Of a stretch of DNA of 64,000 bases, positions 51,437-60,425 are shown one piece after another. The DNA lies in NCBI GenBank assembly GCA_963748625.1, contig CAVVJT010000006.1, positions 61,027 to 125,026 of the forward strand, written 5' to 3'. The number at the start of each line of letters is the position of its first letter. The first letter of the stretch is position 1. Under the pieces are notes generated by a model, which did no database searches, was not told where the DNA came from, and saw nothing but the letters and a program-made list of their open reading frames with translations. A program made the position numbers and the translations under genes. The stretch is from an uncultured Chloroflexia bacterium (GTDB taxonomy: Bacteria > Chloroflexota > Limnocylindria > Limnocylindrales > CSP1-4).

Positions 51437-52747
51437 TCAGGCGTCCTCGGACGCGTCGGCGGCGTGGTCGGACGGCGTGGCGGGCGGCGTGCCAGCCGTC
51501 CCGTGCCCACCGCTGCCGTCGCCGGGAACCGGGGCCGCGGGCGTGCCGGCGATGCGGGCCTGGTAGCGGCGCAGGTTGTCGAGGACCTCGGCCATGGAGT
51601 CGCCGCCCGTCTTCTCGAGGACAAACCGGGCGAGCGTGAGCATCACCATCGATTCCGCGATGACGCCCGCGGCCGGGACGACGGAGATGTCGCTCCGCTC
51701 GTAGTGCGCCTTGTCCACGGGCTCACCCGTCACGAGGTCCGCCGTCGGCAGCGGCCGGGCCAGCGTGGAGATCGGCTTCACCGCGCCGCGCACGATGATC
51801 GGTTCGCCGTTGGTCACGCCACCCGTCAGACCGCCCGCGTTGTTGCTGCGGTGGATCCATGTCCCATCCTCGCGCCGCCCGTCGATCACATCGTGGACCT
51901 GCGAGCCGAACCGGCGGGTCTGCTCGAAGCCCAGGCCAAGCTCAACGCCCTTGACGATGTGGATGCTCATCACGGCCTGGGCCAGGGCCGCGTCCAGGCG
52001 TCGGTCCCAGTGGACGTAGCTGCCGATGCCGATGGGCGCCCCGTGGACCACGACCTCGAACACGCCGCCCACGGTGTCGCCGTTGCCGCGCGCCTCGTCG
52101 ATCCTGGCGATCATCGCCGCCTCGGCGTCGGGGTCCGGGCAGCGAAGGGGTGAGGCGTCCGCCTCCTCGCGCGACCGCGTGCAGCGTGACGGGTCGACGG
52201 CCACGCCGCCCACCTCGGCGGTGAACGACCACACCTCGATGCCCAGCTCGCGCAGGAACGCGCGCGCGACGCCGCCGGCCGCGACCCGGGCCGTGGTCTC
52301 GCGAGCCGACGAGCGCTCCAGTGCGTTGCGGACGTCGTTGAAGCCGTACTTGAGCGACCCGGCCAGGTCCGCGTGGCCGGGGCGCACACGGGTGACGGGC
52401 TGGGCGCGCTTGTTGCCCTCCGCCGCCAGCGCCGCGAGCTCGGCCGCGTCCTCGTCCGTCAGCGGCCCGACCTGCATGACCCGGGTCCAGTTGGCCCAGT
52501 CACGGTTGGCCATCTCGAGCAGGATCGGCGAGCCCAGCGTGCGCCCGTGACGGACCCCTGACAGGATCCGCGCCCGGTCCTGCTCGATCGCCTGGCGTGC
52601 CCCGCGGCCGTACCCGCGCTGGCGTCTGGCGAGGTCGACGGCAAGATCGCCCTCGGTGAGCGCGAGCCCGGCGGGCACGCCCTCGATCACGGCGCCCAGC
52701 ATGGGGCCGTGGCTCTCGCCGGCGGTGATGAAGCGGAAGCGCTCCAC
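51437..52747 (-). CDS. aroC: Chorismate synthase
   Basis: TAGESHG, RRQRGYGRG, RPGHAD, ERSSARET, NNAGG, KPIST, ERSD. Confidence 0.97.
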   Translation of the reverse strand: MERFRFITAGESHGPMLGAVIEGVPAGLALTEGDLAVDLARRQRGYGRGARQAIEQDRARILSGVRHGRTLGSPILLEMANRDWANWTRVMQVGPLTDEDAAELAALAAEGNKRAQPVTRVRPGHADLAGSLKYGFNDVRNALERSSARETTARVAAGGVARAFLRELGIEVWSFTAEVGGVAVDPSRCTRSREEADASPLRCPDPDAEAAMIARIDEARGNGDTVGGVFEVVVHGAPIGIGSYVHWDRRLDAALAQAVMSIHIVKGVELGLGFEQTRRFGSQVHDVIDGRREDGTWIHRSNNAGGLTGGVTNGEPIIVRGAVKPISTLARPLPTADLVTGEPVDKAHYERSDISVVPAAGVIAESMVMLTLARFVLEKTGGDSMAEVLDNLRRYQARIAGTPAAPVPGDGSGGHGTAGTPPATPSDHAADASEDA

Positions 52748-52769
52748 GTGCGGGTCCTCGCGCCTGCCG

Positions 52770-53714
52770 TCAGGCCCCGGTGGGCTCGGCAGCGCCCGGC
52801 ACGGCCTCGGGCTCGGCCGCACCCGGCCCGACGGGCTCGGGCTCGGCAGCACCCGGCTCGCCCTCGGCCGAGGTCAGGCCCCTGGCGCGGGCGTCCTCGA
52901 GGGCCGCCTGCATGACGTCGAGGGGGGCCGCCTGCCCGGTCCACAGCGTGAATGCGGCGGCACCCTGGTGGAGGAGCATCACGCCGCCGTCCGAGGTCGC
53001 ACAGCCGGCGCGCTCGGCGTCGCGCAGGAGCCGGGTCTGGGCGTAGATCAGGTCGAGCACCAGCAGGTCCGGCGGCAGGATCTCGGCGGGCACCGGCGAC
53101 ACGTCGTCGATCAGCCCGATCGATGTCGCGTTGACGAGCACCTTCGCCTTGGCCAGCTCGGCCTCGATGATGGACTCGTGCCAGGGCATCGCCCGCAGGT
53201 CCATGTGGGCGGCGCTGCGGCTGAAGTGCTTGACCAGGGATTCGCCCCGGTGGAGGTGGCGGTTGAACACGACCACCCGCTGGAAGCCCTCGCGGATCAG
53301 GCCGTGGACCACCGCCCGGGCTCCGCCCCCGGCGCCCAGCACCACGGCGTGGCGCGGCATCTTCTGGCGACCCACCAGCCTGTCGAGCGCGTCCTTGAAG
53401 CCCGGCACGTCCGTGTTGTGCCCGACGAGCTTCTTGCCCTCCCTGGTGATGGTGTTGAGCGCGCCGGTCGCGTGGGCCTCCTCGGTGAGCTTGTCCACCA
53501 GCGGAACGACCCGCTCCTTGTGGGGGATCGTGACGTTGGCGCCCAGAAAGTCCTCGCCGCGGAGCTCGGCGATCGCCTCCGCCAGGTTCATCGGGGCGCG
53601 GTCCCAGAGCTCGTAGGTCGCGTCGATGCCCAGGTGGTCGAAGGCCGCCTGCTGCATGGCGCCGGAGAGCGAATGGGCCACCGGGTGACCGATGAGGACG
53701 ACGCGCTTCGTCAT
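52770..53714 (-). CDS. aroE: Shikimate dehydrogenase
   Basis: GHPVAHSLS, NVTIPHK, NTD, GAGGGARA, NAT, DLIY. Confidence 0.95.
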   Translation of the reverse strand: MTKRVVLIGHPVAHSLSGAMQQAAFDHLGIDATYELWDRAPMNLAEAIAELRGEDFLGANVTIPHKERVVPLVDKLTEEAHATGALNTITREGKKLVGHNTDVPGFKDALDRLVGRQKMPRHAVVLGAGGGARAVVHGLIREGFQRVVVFNRHLHRGESLVKHFSRSAAHMDLRAMPWHESIIEAELAKAKVLVNATSIGLIDDVSPVPAEILPPDLLVLDLIYAQTRLLRDAERAGCATSDGGVMLLHQGAAAFTLWTGQAAPLDVMQAALEDARARGLTSAEGEPGAAEPEPVGPGAAEPEAVPGAAEPTGA

Positions 53715-55054
53715 GCTCGCATCCCTTCGAGTTCGCGGAAGAAGCCGGGGTACGAGATCGCCGCCGACCCCGATCGGTCGATGACGGTCTCGCCCTCGGC
53801 GATGAGACCGGCCACGGCGAAGGTCATCGCCAGCCGGTGATCGTCGTGCGTCTCGGTGGCCGCGCCGGTCAACCGGCGTCCACCCTGGATCTCGATGTCG
53901 TCGCCCACGACGCGGATGTCCGCGCCGAGTGCCCCCAGTCCGGCCGCGATCCCCGCGACGCGATCGGACTCCTTGTGGCGAAGCTCCGAGGCTCCCCTGA
54001 TGCGTGTCGTGCCGGACGCCGCGGCCGCGGCCAGGGCGAGGATCGGGATCTCGTCGATCGCCCCCGCCACCTCGGCGGGGGAGAGGTCGATGCCCCGGAG
54101 CTCGCTCGACCGGACCACGAGGTCCGCGAGGGGCTCGCCGTCCGGGCCGCCGGGCCCTTCGATGGCGATCTCCTCGATGAATGCGCCCATGCGCCTGAGG
54201 ATGTCGATGATGGCACGCCGCGTCGGGTTCGTGCTGACCCCCTCGAGGCGCAGCTCGGCGTCGGGATGTATGGACGCGGCCACCAGCCAGAACGCGGCGC
54301 CCGACGGATCCGCGGGAACGGTCTCCGTGATAGCCGCGACATGGACCGGGCCTGCCACGGCCACGGCGTGTGTGCCGTCGGCCGCGGTCTCCTCGCGCAC
54401 CTCGACGCCACGCGCCCGGAGCATGCGCTCCGTGTGATCCCGCGTGGCGATGGCCTCGATGACCCTGGTCTCGCCGTCAGCCGTCAGCCCCGCCAGCAGG
54501 ATCGCGGACTTGACCTGGGCGCTGGGGACGGGGGTCCGGTAGTCGATGGGTGTCAGCCGTGCGCGGCCCCGTACGGCCATGGGCAGCAGCGTGTCCCCGC
54601 CGCGCCCGGAGAAGGCGGCGCCCATCGCACGCAGCGGCTCGACCACCCGGCCCATCGGGCGGCGGCGGAGCGACGCGTCCCCGTCGAGGACGGCGAACAG
54701 CGGGCGGCCGGCAATGAGCCCGGCGACCAGGCGGGTCGTCGTCCCGGAGTTGCCGCAGTCGAGGATGCCCTCGGGCTCGTGCAGGGCGTCGCCGCCCGGG
54801 CTCACGACGCGATAGTCGACGCGACCGGCACGCTCGGCCACCCGCTCGACCGTCGCGCCAAGCGCCGCCACGATCCCGGCGGTGGACCGCACGTCCGCGC
54901 CGTCGCCGGCCGCGGCGATCCGGCTCTCGCCCTGGGCGAGGAGCGCCAGCAGCAAGGCGCGGTGCGAGATGGACTTGTCGCCGGGCAGCGACGGACGCCC
55001 TCGCAGCCGCGTCGCCGGGCGCACGACCACCGCGTCGGAAGGCATCGCCATCAT
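53711..55054 (-). CDS. aroA: 3-phosphoshikimate 1-carboxyvinyltransferase (EPSP synthase)
   Basis: [44 protein letters not shown]. Confidence 0.97.
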   Translation of the reverse strand: MMAMPSDAVVVRPATRLRGRPSLPGDKSISHRALLLALLAQGESRIAAAGDGADVRSTAGIVAALGATVERVAERAGRVDYRVVSPGGDALHEPEGILDCGNSGTTTRLVAGLIAGRPLFAVLDGDASLRRRPMGRVVEPLRAMGAAFSGRGGDTLLPMAVRGRARLTPIDYRTPVPSAQVKSAILLAGLTADGETRVIEAIATRDHTERMLRARGVEVREETAADGTHAVAVAGPVHVAAITETVPADPSGAAFWLVAASIHPDAELRLEGVSTNPTRRAIIDILRRMGAFIEEIAIEGPGGPDGEPLADLVVRSSELRGIDLSPAEVAGAIDEIPILALAAAAASGTTRIRGASELRHKESDRVAGIAAGLGALGADIRVVGDDIEIQGGRRLTGAATETHDDHRLAMTFAVAGLIAEGETVIDRSGSAAISYPGFFRELEGMRA

Positions 55055-55060
55055 CGCCGG

Positions 55061-56110
55061 TCAGGCGCCGCTGGCGCGCAGCAGGTCGCCGTGGAGGTCG
55101 CGGACGTGCTCGTGGACGCCCGTGATCGCGGACATCATCCGCTCGAACCCGTCGAAGTCGAGCTGCTGCTCGGCGTCCGACAGCGCCTCGTCTGGCCGGG
55201 GATGGACCTCGACCATGATCCCGTCGGCGCCCACCGCCACGCTACCGATCGCGAGCGGCTTCACCAGCCACCGCTTGCCGGTGGCGTGCGACGGGTCGAC
55301 GATGACGGGCAGGTGCGTCAGGTGATGGGCCAGCGGCACCGCCGTCAGGTCCAGCGTGTTGCGCGTGGACGTCTCGAACGTCCGGATCCCGCGCTCGCAC
55401 AGGATGATCTGCGAGTTGCCGGCAGACGCGATGTACTCCGCGGCCATCAGCCACTCCTCGATCGTCGCCCCGAAGCCGCGCTTGAGCATCACCGGCCGGC
55501 CCGCGCGCCCGCAGGCGAGCAGCAGCGAGAAGTTCTGCATGTTGCGGGTGCCGATCTGGAGGATGTCGGCGTACTCGGCCACGATGTCCACCTGTGAGGG
55601 CTCCATCACCTCGGTGATGACCGGCATCCCGCTCCGCTGGCGCGCCTCCGCGAGGTAGCGCAGCCCCTCCACGCCCAGGCCCTGGAAGCTGTACGGGCTC
55701 GTGCGCGGCTTGAACGCCCCACCGCGGATGATCGTCGCGCCGTGGGCTGCCACGAAGTCGACCGTCTCCATCAGCTGGTCGCGGCTCTCCACGGAGCACG
55801 GGCCCGCCATGACCGTGAGCGACCCGTCACCGATCGCCGCGTCCAGCACACGGATCACCGTGTCCTCGGGATGGAACTCGCGCGAGACCAGCTTGTAGGG
55901 CTTGGAGATCCGGGTGACGCTCGCGACGCCGGGGGTGCCCTCCAGCCGCGCCTGCAGCGAGTCCCGGCGCTTGCCGATCTCACCCACGATCGCGATGACC
56001 GTACGATCGGCGCCCGCGTTCTCGAACGGGGTCAACCCCTCGGCCAGGATCAGGCCCTTCACGCCGATGACCTCGGCCTCGCCGGCTCCGGCCCGCATCA
56101 CCACGAACAT
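55061..56110 (-). CDS. aroF: DAHP synthase type I-beta with N-terminal regulatory domain
   Basis: [49 protein letters not shown]. Confidence 0.95.
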   Translation of the reverse strand: MFVVMRAGAGEAEVIGVKGLILAEGLTPFENAGADRTVIAIVGEIGKRRDSLQARLEGTPGVASVTRISKPYKLVSREFHPEDTVIRVLDAAIGDGSLTVMAGPCSVESRDQLMETVDFVAAHGATIIRGGAFKPRTSPYSFQGLGVEGLRYLAEARQRSGMPVITEVMEPSQVDIVAEYADILQIGTRNMQNFSLLLACGRAGRPVMLKRGFGATIEEWLMAAEYIASAGNSQIILCERGIRTFETSTRNTLDLTAVPLAHHLTHLPVIVDPSHATGKRWLVKPLAIGSVAVGADGIMVEVHPRPDEALSDAEQQLDFDGFERMMSAITGVHEHVRDLHGDLLRASGA

Positions 56111-56152
56111 CTGACTGCTGGTCCTTCGAACGGTGGAGTGATCGCGGAGAAC

Positions 56153-56180
56153 AAAAAAGCAGAGGTCCGAGACCTCTGCT
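56153..56180 (-). terminator. Attenuator terminator in the aro leader
   Basis: Minus strand AGCAGAGGTC-TCG-GACCTCTGCT followed by TTTTTGTT, about 40 nt before the aroF start. Confidence 0.9.
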
Positions 56181-56229
56181 CACCCGGCACGAACCGCCGA
56201 CTCCCGGACTTAGTCGGTTCCGGGAGCGG

Positions 56230-56265
56230 TCATGCCGGGCAGGTAAAGCGATAGATGGCGCACAT
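56230..56265 (-). CDS. Leader peptide MCAIYRFTCPA (Tyr/Phe attenuation)
   Basis: ATG TGC GCC ATC TAT CGC TTT ACC TGC CCG GCA TGA, lying between the promoter and the terminator. Confidence 0.75.
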   Translation of the reverse strand: MCAIYRFTCPA

Positions 56266-56275
56266 CGATGCTCCG

Positions 56276-56304
56276 ACGGTATCGAAGGGGCCCCGACGTG
56301 TCAA
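56276..56304 (-). promoter_or_regulatory. sigma70-type promoter of the aro operon
   Basis: TTGACA-N17-TACCGT on the minus strand. Confidence 0.8.
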
Positions 56305-56628
56305 TTCGCGGGGCGCGTCGCGTGCGCACCTCGCGGCGGCGCCTCGCGCCTCGCGGCGACTCAGCACCGGTTCATGTCGGGGGTCCCGACGAGGAGCTCG
56401 GACCGGATTCGTCAAGAATCGGGGGTGATCTCCTCGACAGCCTGCCCTGACTGACTCGGACGCGTGTCAGCTCTGCCGCCTTGTGGCCCCACCGGCGCCC
56501 CCAGGCCTCGCGGCGCCGCGGACCCCGACCCTCCGCCCGTCGGTCCTATGCTGTGGGCGAGCGGCACCGCGACTCGCCGGCCCGAGGATGGAGGCTGCCG
56601 CCCCGTGCCAAGCGCAGGTGCAGTTCCC

Positions 56629-57798
56629 ATGGACGTATCCGAGATCGGACCCGCGGCCCGCCTGGACCCCGGATCGCTCGTCATCGACCGCATCGAGACC
56701 ATCGCCCTGCGCGCTCCGCTCGGGCGCCGGTTCTCCGGTTCCGCCTACTCCATGGACAACCGCTGCACGATCGTGGTCCGGCTGACCACGGCGGATGGCG
56801 TCACCGCCGAGACCTACAGCGGCGACACGGACGCCGAGCAGGCGCTGATCGTGGGCATCATCCACGACGAGCTGGCGCCGGCGATCCTCGGCCGGAGCGC
56901 GCGCGATCCCGAGGGCCGCTGGCGCGACATGGAGCCGGCGACCAACAACATCCTCCGGGACCGGGGCCTGGCGCTCCAGGCCATCGCCGCCCTGGATACC
57001 GCGGTCTGGGACGCGCTGGGCCGGGCCGTGGGCCTGCCGCTCTACCGGCTGTGGGGCGCGGTCGCCGACGAGGTGCCGATCTCGGTCATCGGCGGCTACT
57101 ACCACCTCGACGCCGAACAGACCGCCGACACCGTGCGCCGGTACATCGAGCAGGGCTTCGGCGGCCTGAAGTTCAAGGTCGGCGGGCGTTCGCCGCAGGT
57201 GGACGCGGAGCGGTTCCGGGTCGCCCGGGAGGCGGCCGGACCGGACTTCGTGCTCATGGCGGACGCGAACCAGGGCTACACGCTCGCGGAGGCGGTGGAC
57301 TTCGCACGCCGGGTGAGCGACCTGGACCTGCGCTGGTTCGAGGAGCCGTGCCGCTGGACGAACGACCGCCGAGCGATGCGCGACGTGCGTTACATGACCG
57401 GCGTCCCGGTCTGCGCGGGCCAGAGCGAGACCACCCTGCACGGACTCCGGGACCTGGTGGTGGACGGCGCCATCGACGTCTCCAATTTCGACGCCTCCTG
57501 GGCCGGCGGGCCCACGATCTGGCGCAAGGCCGCCGGGCTGTGCGCCGCCTTCGGGGTCCATCTGGGCCACCACGAGGAGCCCCAGGTCAGCTCGCACCTG
57601 CTGGCGTCCGTGCCGGACCACACCTTCACCGAGTGCTTCGACGAGGAGCGCGACCCGTTCTTCTGGCGCCTCACGGACATGTCGACGCGGGTGGCCGACG
57701 GCCGCTACCGGCTACCCGACGGGCCCGGCTTCGGCATCAACCTCGACTGGGACTACGTGCACGCGCACACCGTGGACACCCGGGTCAGCACGCGGTAG
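56629..57798 (+). CDS. Mandelate racemase/muconate lactonizing enzyme family (enolase superfamily)
   Basis: AALDTAVWD, PLYRLWG, KFK, MADANQ, WFEEP, GQSE, GPGFG. Confidence 0.92.
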   Translation: MDVSEIGPAARLDPGSLVIDRIETIALRAPLGRRFSGSAYSMDNRCTIVVRLTTADGVTAETYSGDTDAEQALIVGIIHDELAPAILGRSARDPEGRWRDMEPATNNILRDRGLALQAIAALDTAVWDALGRAVGLPLYRLWGAVADEVPISVIGGYYHLDAEQTADTVRRYIEQGFGGLKFKVGGRSPQVDAERFRVAREAAGPDFVLMADANQGYTLAEAVDFARRVSDLDLRWFEEPCRWTNDRRAMRDVRYMTGVPVCAGQSETTLHGLRDLVVDGAIDVSNFDASWAGGPTIWRKAAGLCAAFGVHLGHHEEPQVSSHLLASVPDHTFTECFDEERDPFFWRLTDMSTRVADGRYRLPDGPGFGINLDWDYVHAHTVDTRVSTR

Positions 57799-57851
57799 CA
57801 GTCGGAACCGCGATGCGTTGTCGGGGGCCACGTCCTCATGCCGCGCTTGGC

Positions 57852-57884
57852 TACTTGCGCAAGTACGCAATGGCCGTGTACCGT
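57852..57884 (+). promoter_or_regulatory. Operator/promoter, copy 1 (TACTTGCG-N6-CGCAA)
   Basis: TACTTGCGCAAGTACGCAA; TTGCGC-N18-TACCGT; near-identical copy at 59429. Confidence 0.75.
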
Positions 57885-57952
57885 GAGATCCGCCCCCCTT
57901 GTCTGCCGCAACCCCGCGCTCGAGCGCGGTCACGCACCCACGGAGCCTCCAC

Positions 57953-58348
57953 ATGAACCGCCTGCCGAACCGCCTCCTCGTGCTCATGCTCGTCACCCTG
58001 GCCGCCATCGTCATCGCTGGGTGCGGCGGCTCGTCGCCAGCCGCCGTCCAGACGGTCGACGCGAGCAAGGCCGTCGCGATGCTCGACTCGCGGGTCGTCA
58101 TCGACGTCCGAACGCCCGCCGAGTACGCCGCCGGGCACATCGCCGGCGCCCAGAACATCGACGTCGAGGCCGGGGACTTCGCCGCGAAGATCTCGACCCT
58201 CGACAAGAAGGCCTCGTACCTCCTGTACTGCCGCTCCGGCCGCAGGAGCGCCATCGCCGCGGACGAGATGGCGAAGGCGGGCTTCACCGACATCGTCGAT
58301 GGAGGCGGCATGGCCGATCTCGTGGCGGCCGGAGCCCCGACCGAGTAG
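57953..58348 (+). CDS. Rhodanese-domain lipoprotein
   Basis: Lipobox IAGC; IDVRTPAEYAAGHIAGA; active loop YCRSGRRS. Confidence 0.92.
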   Translation: MNRLPNRLLVLMLVTLAAIVIAGCGGSSPAAVQTVDASKAVAMLDSRVVIDVRTPAEYAAGHIAGAQNIDVEAGDFAAKISTLDKKASYLLYCRSGRRSAIAADEMAKAGFTDIVDGGGMADLVAAGAPTE

Positions 58349-58399
58349 GGGAGCTGGTCGGCACCCGGCTCGCGTCCCGAACCGCAGGAGAGTCCAGGC

Positions 58400-59416
58400 A
58401 TGCTGAGCGCGCCAGCGGTACGACCGAAGCTCACGAGCCGTGCGCTCCGGCACTGGGTGCCACCTCTCGTCCGGCACCTCCCTGCGGTCGCGTCCGCCTA
58501 CCTGCTGCCCGGCCGCGTGCCACCGCGGATCCGCGAGGCGGCAATGCTGGGCGTCAACTCGATCAATCGCTGCGAGACGTGCGAGATGGTGCACGGCCGA
58601 TGGGCGACGGGGACTGGGCTGCGGCAGGACGCTCTCACGCCGGATGAGGCCGCCGCCTACGCGTTCGGGCAGGGCGTCGCCGTGTCGGGTTCGCACGGGG
58701 CGGGGTCGCCCTCGGACCTGAGCCGCCGCCACCGGCGCGAGCTCATGGCGGTCTCGATCCTCATGCAACTGGCCAACCTGGCCGGCAACCGCTTCCTCGC
58801 TCCTCGCGCGGCCACGCCGGACCTCCAGGTCGGGGACGTGCGCACCGCCCGCCTGCTCGATGCGGGGATGCGCGCGGCCGACCGCCTCGGGCTGCGTCAC
58901 GCCCGTGCTCGCGTCGTCGGCGGCGCCCGGGGCGACACCCTGGAGATCGGCATCGGGACCGGGTCCAACCTCGGGATCTACCACGCCTCCGCGGTCGTCC
59001 ACGGCATCGACCTGAGCGGCGCGGCACTCTCGCTTGCCGCTCGCCGCGCCCGCCGCGTCGCACGGCGCGTGACCCTGGTCGAGGGAGACGCCGCCGCGCT
59101 GCCCTTCGCCGACGGATCCTTTGACACGGTTGTCGGGACGTTCATCCTGTGCTCGGTCGGCGATGTCGGCCGGAGCCTGAACGAGGCCCGGAGGGTGCTG
59201 CGCCCCGGCGGCACCATCCGCCTGCTGGAGCACGCTCGGGCCCGGCATCGAGCGATCGGGGCGCTCCAGGAGCGGTCGGCGCCGGCCTGGTCCCGAGTCA
59301 GCGGCGGATGCCGCCTCGACCACAACGTGCTCCAGGCCGTTCGCGACGCAGGTCTCGTGGTGATCGAGGAACGGCAGCGAGCCGGCGGGCTCCTCGTGGA
59401 GATCGTCGCCGCCTGA
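58400..59416 (+). CDS. AhpD/CMD-like CxxC domain fused to a class I SAM methyltransferase
   Basis: IREAAMLGVNSINRCETCEMVH (AhpD core), then LEIGIGTG, GIDLS, GDAAALPF, FDTVV, LCSV, RVLRPGG, LEH. Confidence 0.82.
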   Translation: MLSAPAVRPKLTSRALRHWVPPLVRHLPAVASAYLLPGRVPPRIREAAMLGVNSINRCETCEMVHGRWATGTGLRQDALTPDEAAAYAFGQGVAVSGSHGAGSPSDLSRRHRRELMAVSILMQLANLAGNRFLAPRAATPDLQVGDVRTARLLDAGMRAADRLGLRHARARVVGGARGDTLEIGIGTGSNLGIYHASAVVHGIDLSGAALSLAARRARRVARRVTLVEGDAAALPFADGSFDTVVGTFILCSVGDVGRSLNEARRVLRPGGTIRLLEHARARHRAIGALQERSAPAWSRVSGGCRLDHNVLQAVRDAGLVVIEERQRAGGLLVEIVAA

Positions 59417-59428
59417 CATCCTCATGCA

Positions 59429-59461
59429 TACTTGCGCAACTACGCAAGTAATAGGTATGCT
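59429..59461 (+). promoter_or_regulatory. Operator/promoter, copy 2 (perfect palindrome TACTTGCG-N6-CGCAAGTA)
   Basis: TACTTGCGCAACTACGCAAGTA; TTGCGC-N18-TATGCT. Confidence 0.8.
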
Positions 59462-59564
59462 GCGCCCCGGAGGCCGCGCACGCGAGCGTCCAGTCCCGGA
59501 ATTGAGCAGACCGGTGCCATCCTGGGTTCATCACGACGTGCCGGCAGGAAGAGGGTTTCGTGCC

Positions 59565-59963
59565 ATGGAGATGACCATCGACTTTCCGGGGGGCGCGCGA
59601 GTCGACGCGCACTTCGGCGGCTTCGTCGTGCCGACCGATCAGCCGCCCCAGGGCGGCGGCCAGGGGTCGGCCCCGACGCCCTTCGCGACGTTCCTGTCGA
59701 CGATCGGGACGTGCGCGGGCATCTACGTGCTGGGCTTCTGCCAGCAGCGGGGCATCCCGACCGATGGCATCCGCCTCGTCCAGCGGATGCAGACCGACCC
59801 GGCGACCCGCCTGGTGAGCGACGTGCAGGTCACGATCGAGCTGCCCGCGGGGTTCCCGGCCAAGTACGCCGATGCGGTCGTTCGCGCCGCCGAACAGTGC
59901 ACGGTGAAGAAGCACTTCGAGCACCCGCCGGTCATCCGCGTGGCGAGCAGCATCGCGGCCTGA
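59565..59963 (+). CDS. OsmC family protein
   Basis: TDQPPQGGGQGSAPTPF, IGTCAG, AEQCTVKK (two conserved Cys). Confidence 0.9.
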   Translation: MEMTIDFPGGARVDAHFGGFVVPTDQPPQGGGQGSAPTPFATFLSTIGTCAGIYVLGFCQQRGIPTDGIRLVQRMQTDPATRLVSDVQVTIELPAGFPAKYADAVVRAAEQCTVKKHFEHPPVIRVASSIAA

Positions 59964-59999
59964 CCGCTCGCGCGGACCGCGCCAGGGGATGGCCCTTCC

Positions 60000-60350
60000 T
60001 CAGAAGGTGATCACCTTGTCCGCCCAGATCACCCACTCGGTCAGCTCGGCGAGTGTCGAGCGGTACACGCCCTCCACGAGCGGCTCGTCCGTCATCCCGC
60101 GGGCGTCGATGCACGTCCCGCATGCCTTGACCTGCACCTCCTTGGGCGCGAGGCCCTTGAGCATCCGCTCGAGGTTGTAGTAGCCATCGGGCGTCTTCTG
60201 GCGGGGCTTGGCCGCGGTCACCGAGTCGCCCATGAGGAAGACACGAAGCTCGACGCCCTCGCTCTTCGCGAGCGAGAGTGCGAGTCGGAGACCGTTGTAG
60301 GTCCGCTCGTTGCCGTACGCCGGCTCGTTCAGGATGATGAGCATCTTCAT
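60000..60350 (-). CDS. DsrE/YchN family sulfur-relay protein
   Basis: PAYGNERTYNGLRLA, VFLMGD, CGTCIDARG, ADKVITF. Confidence 0.9.
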   Translation of the reverse strand: MKMLIILNEPAYGNERTYNGLRLALSLAKSEGVELRVFLMGDSVTAAKPRQKTPDGYYNLERMLKGLAPKEVQVKACGTCIDARGMTDEPLVEGVYRSTLAELTEWVIWADKVITF

Positions 60351-60396
60351 CGGGCATCTCCCTCGATCCCGAGCCGGGGACGAGCTCGAGCCTCAA

Positions 60397-60420
60397 CTAT
60401 TCAAACAAGTTGTAGAATAG
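60397..60420. promoter_or_regulatory. AT-rich palindromic operator between the divergent dsrE-like and arsR genes
   Basis: CTATTC-AAACAAGTTGTA-GAATAG, overlapping a TAGAAT -10 box. Confidence 0.75.
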
Positions 60421-60425
60421 CAAGC

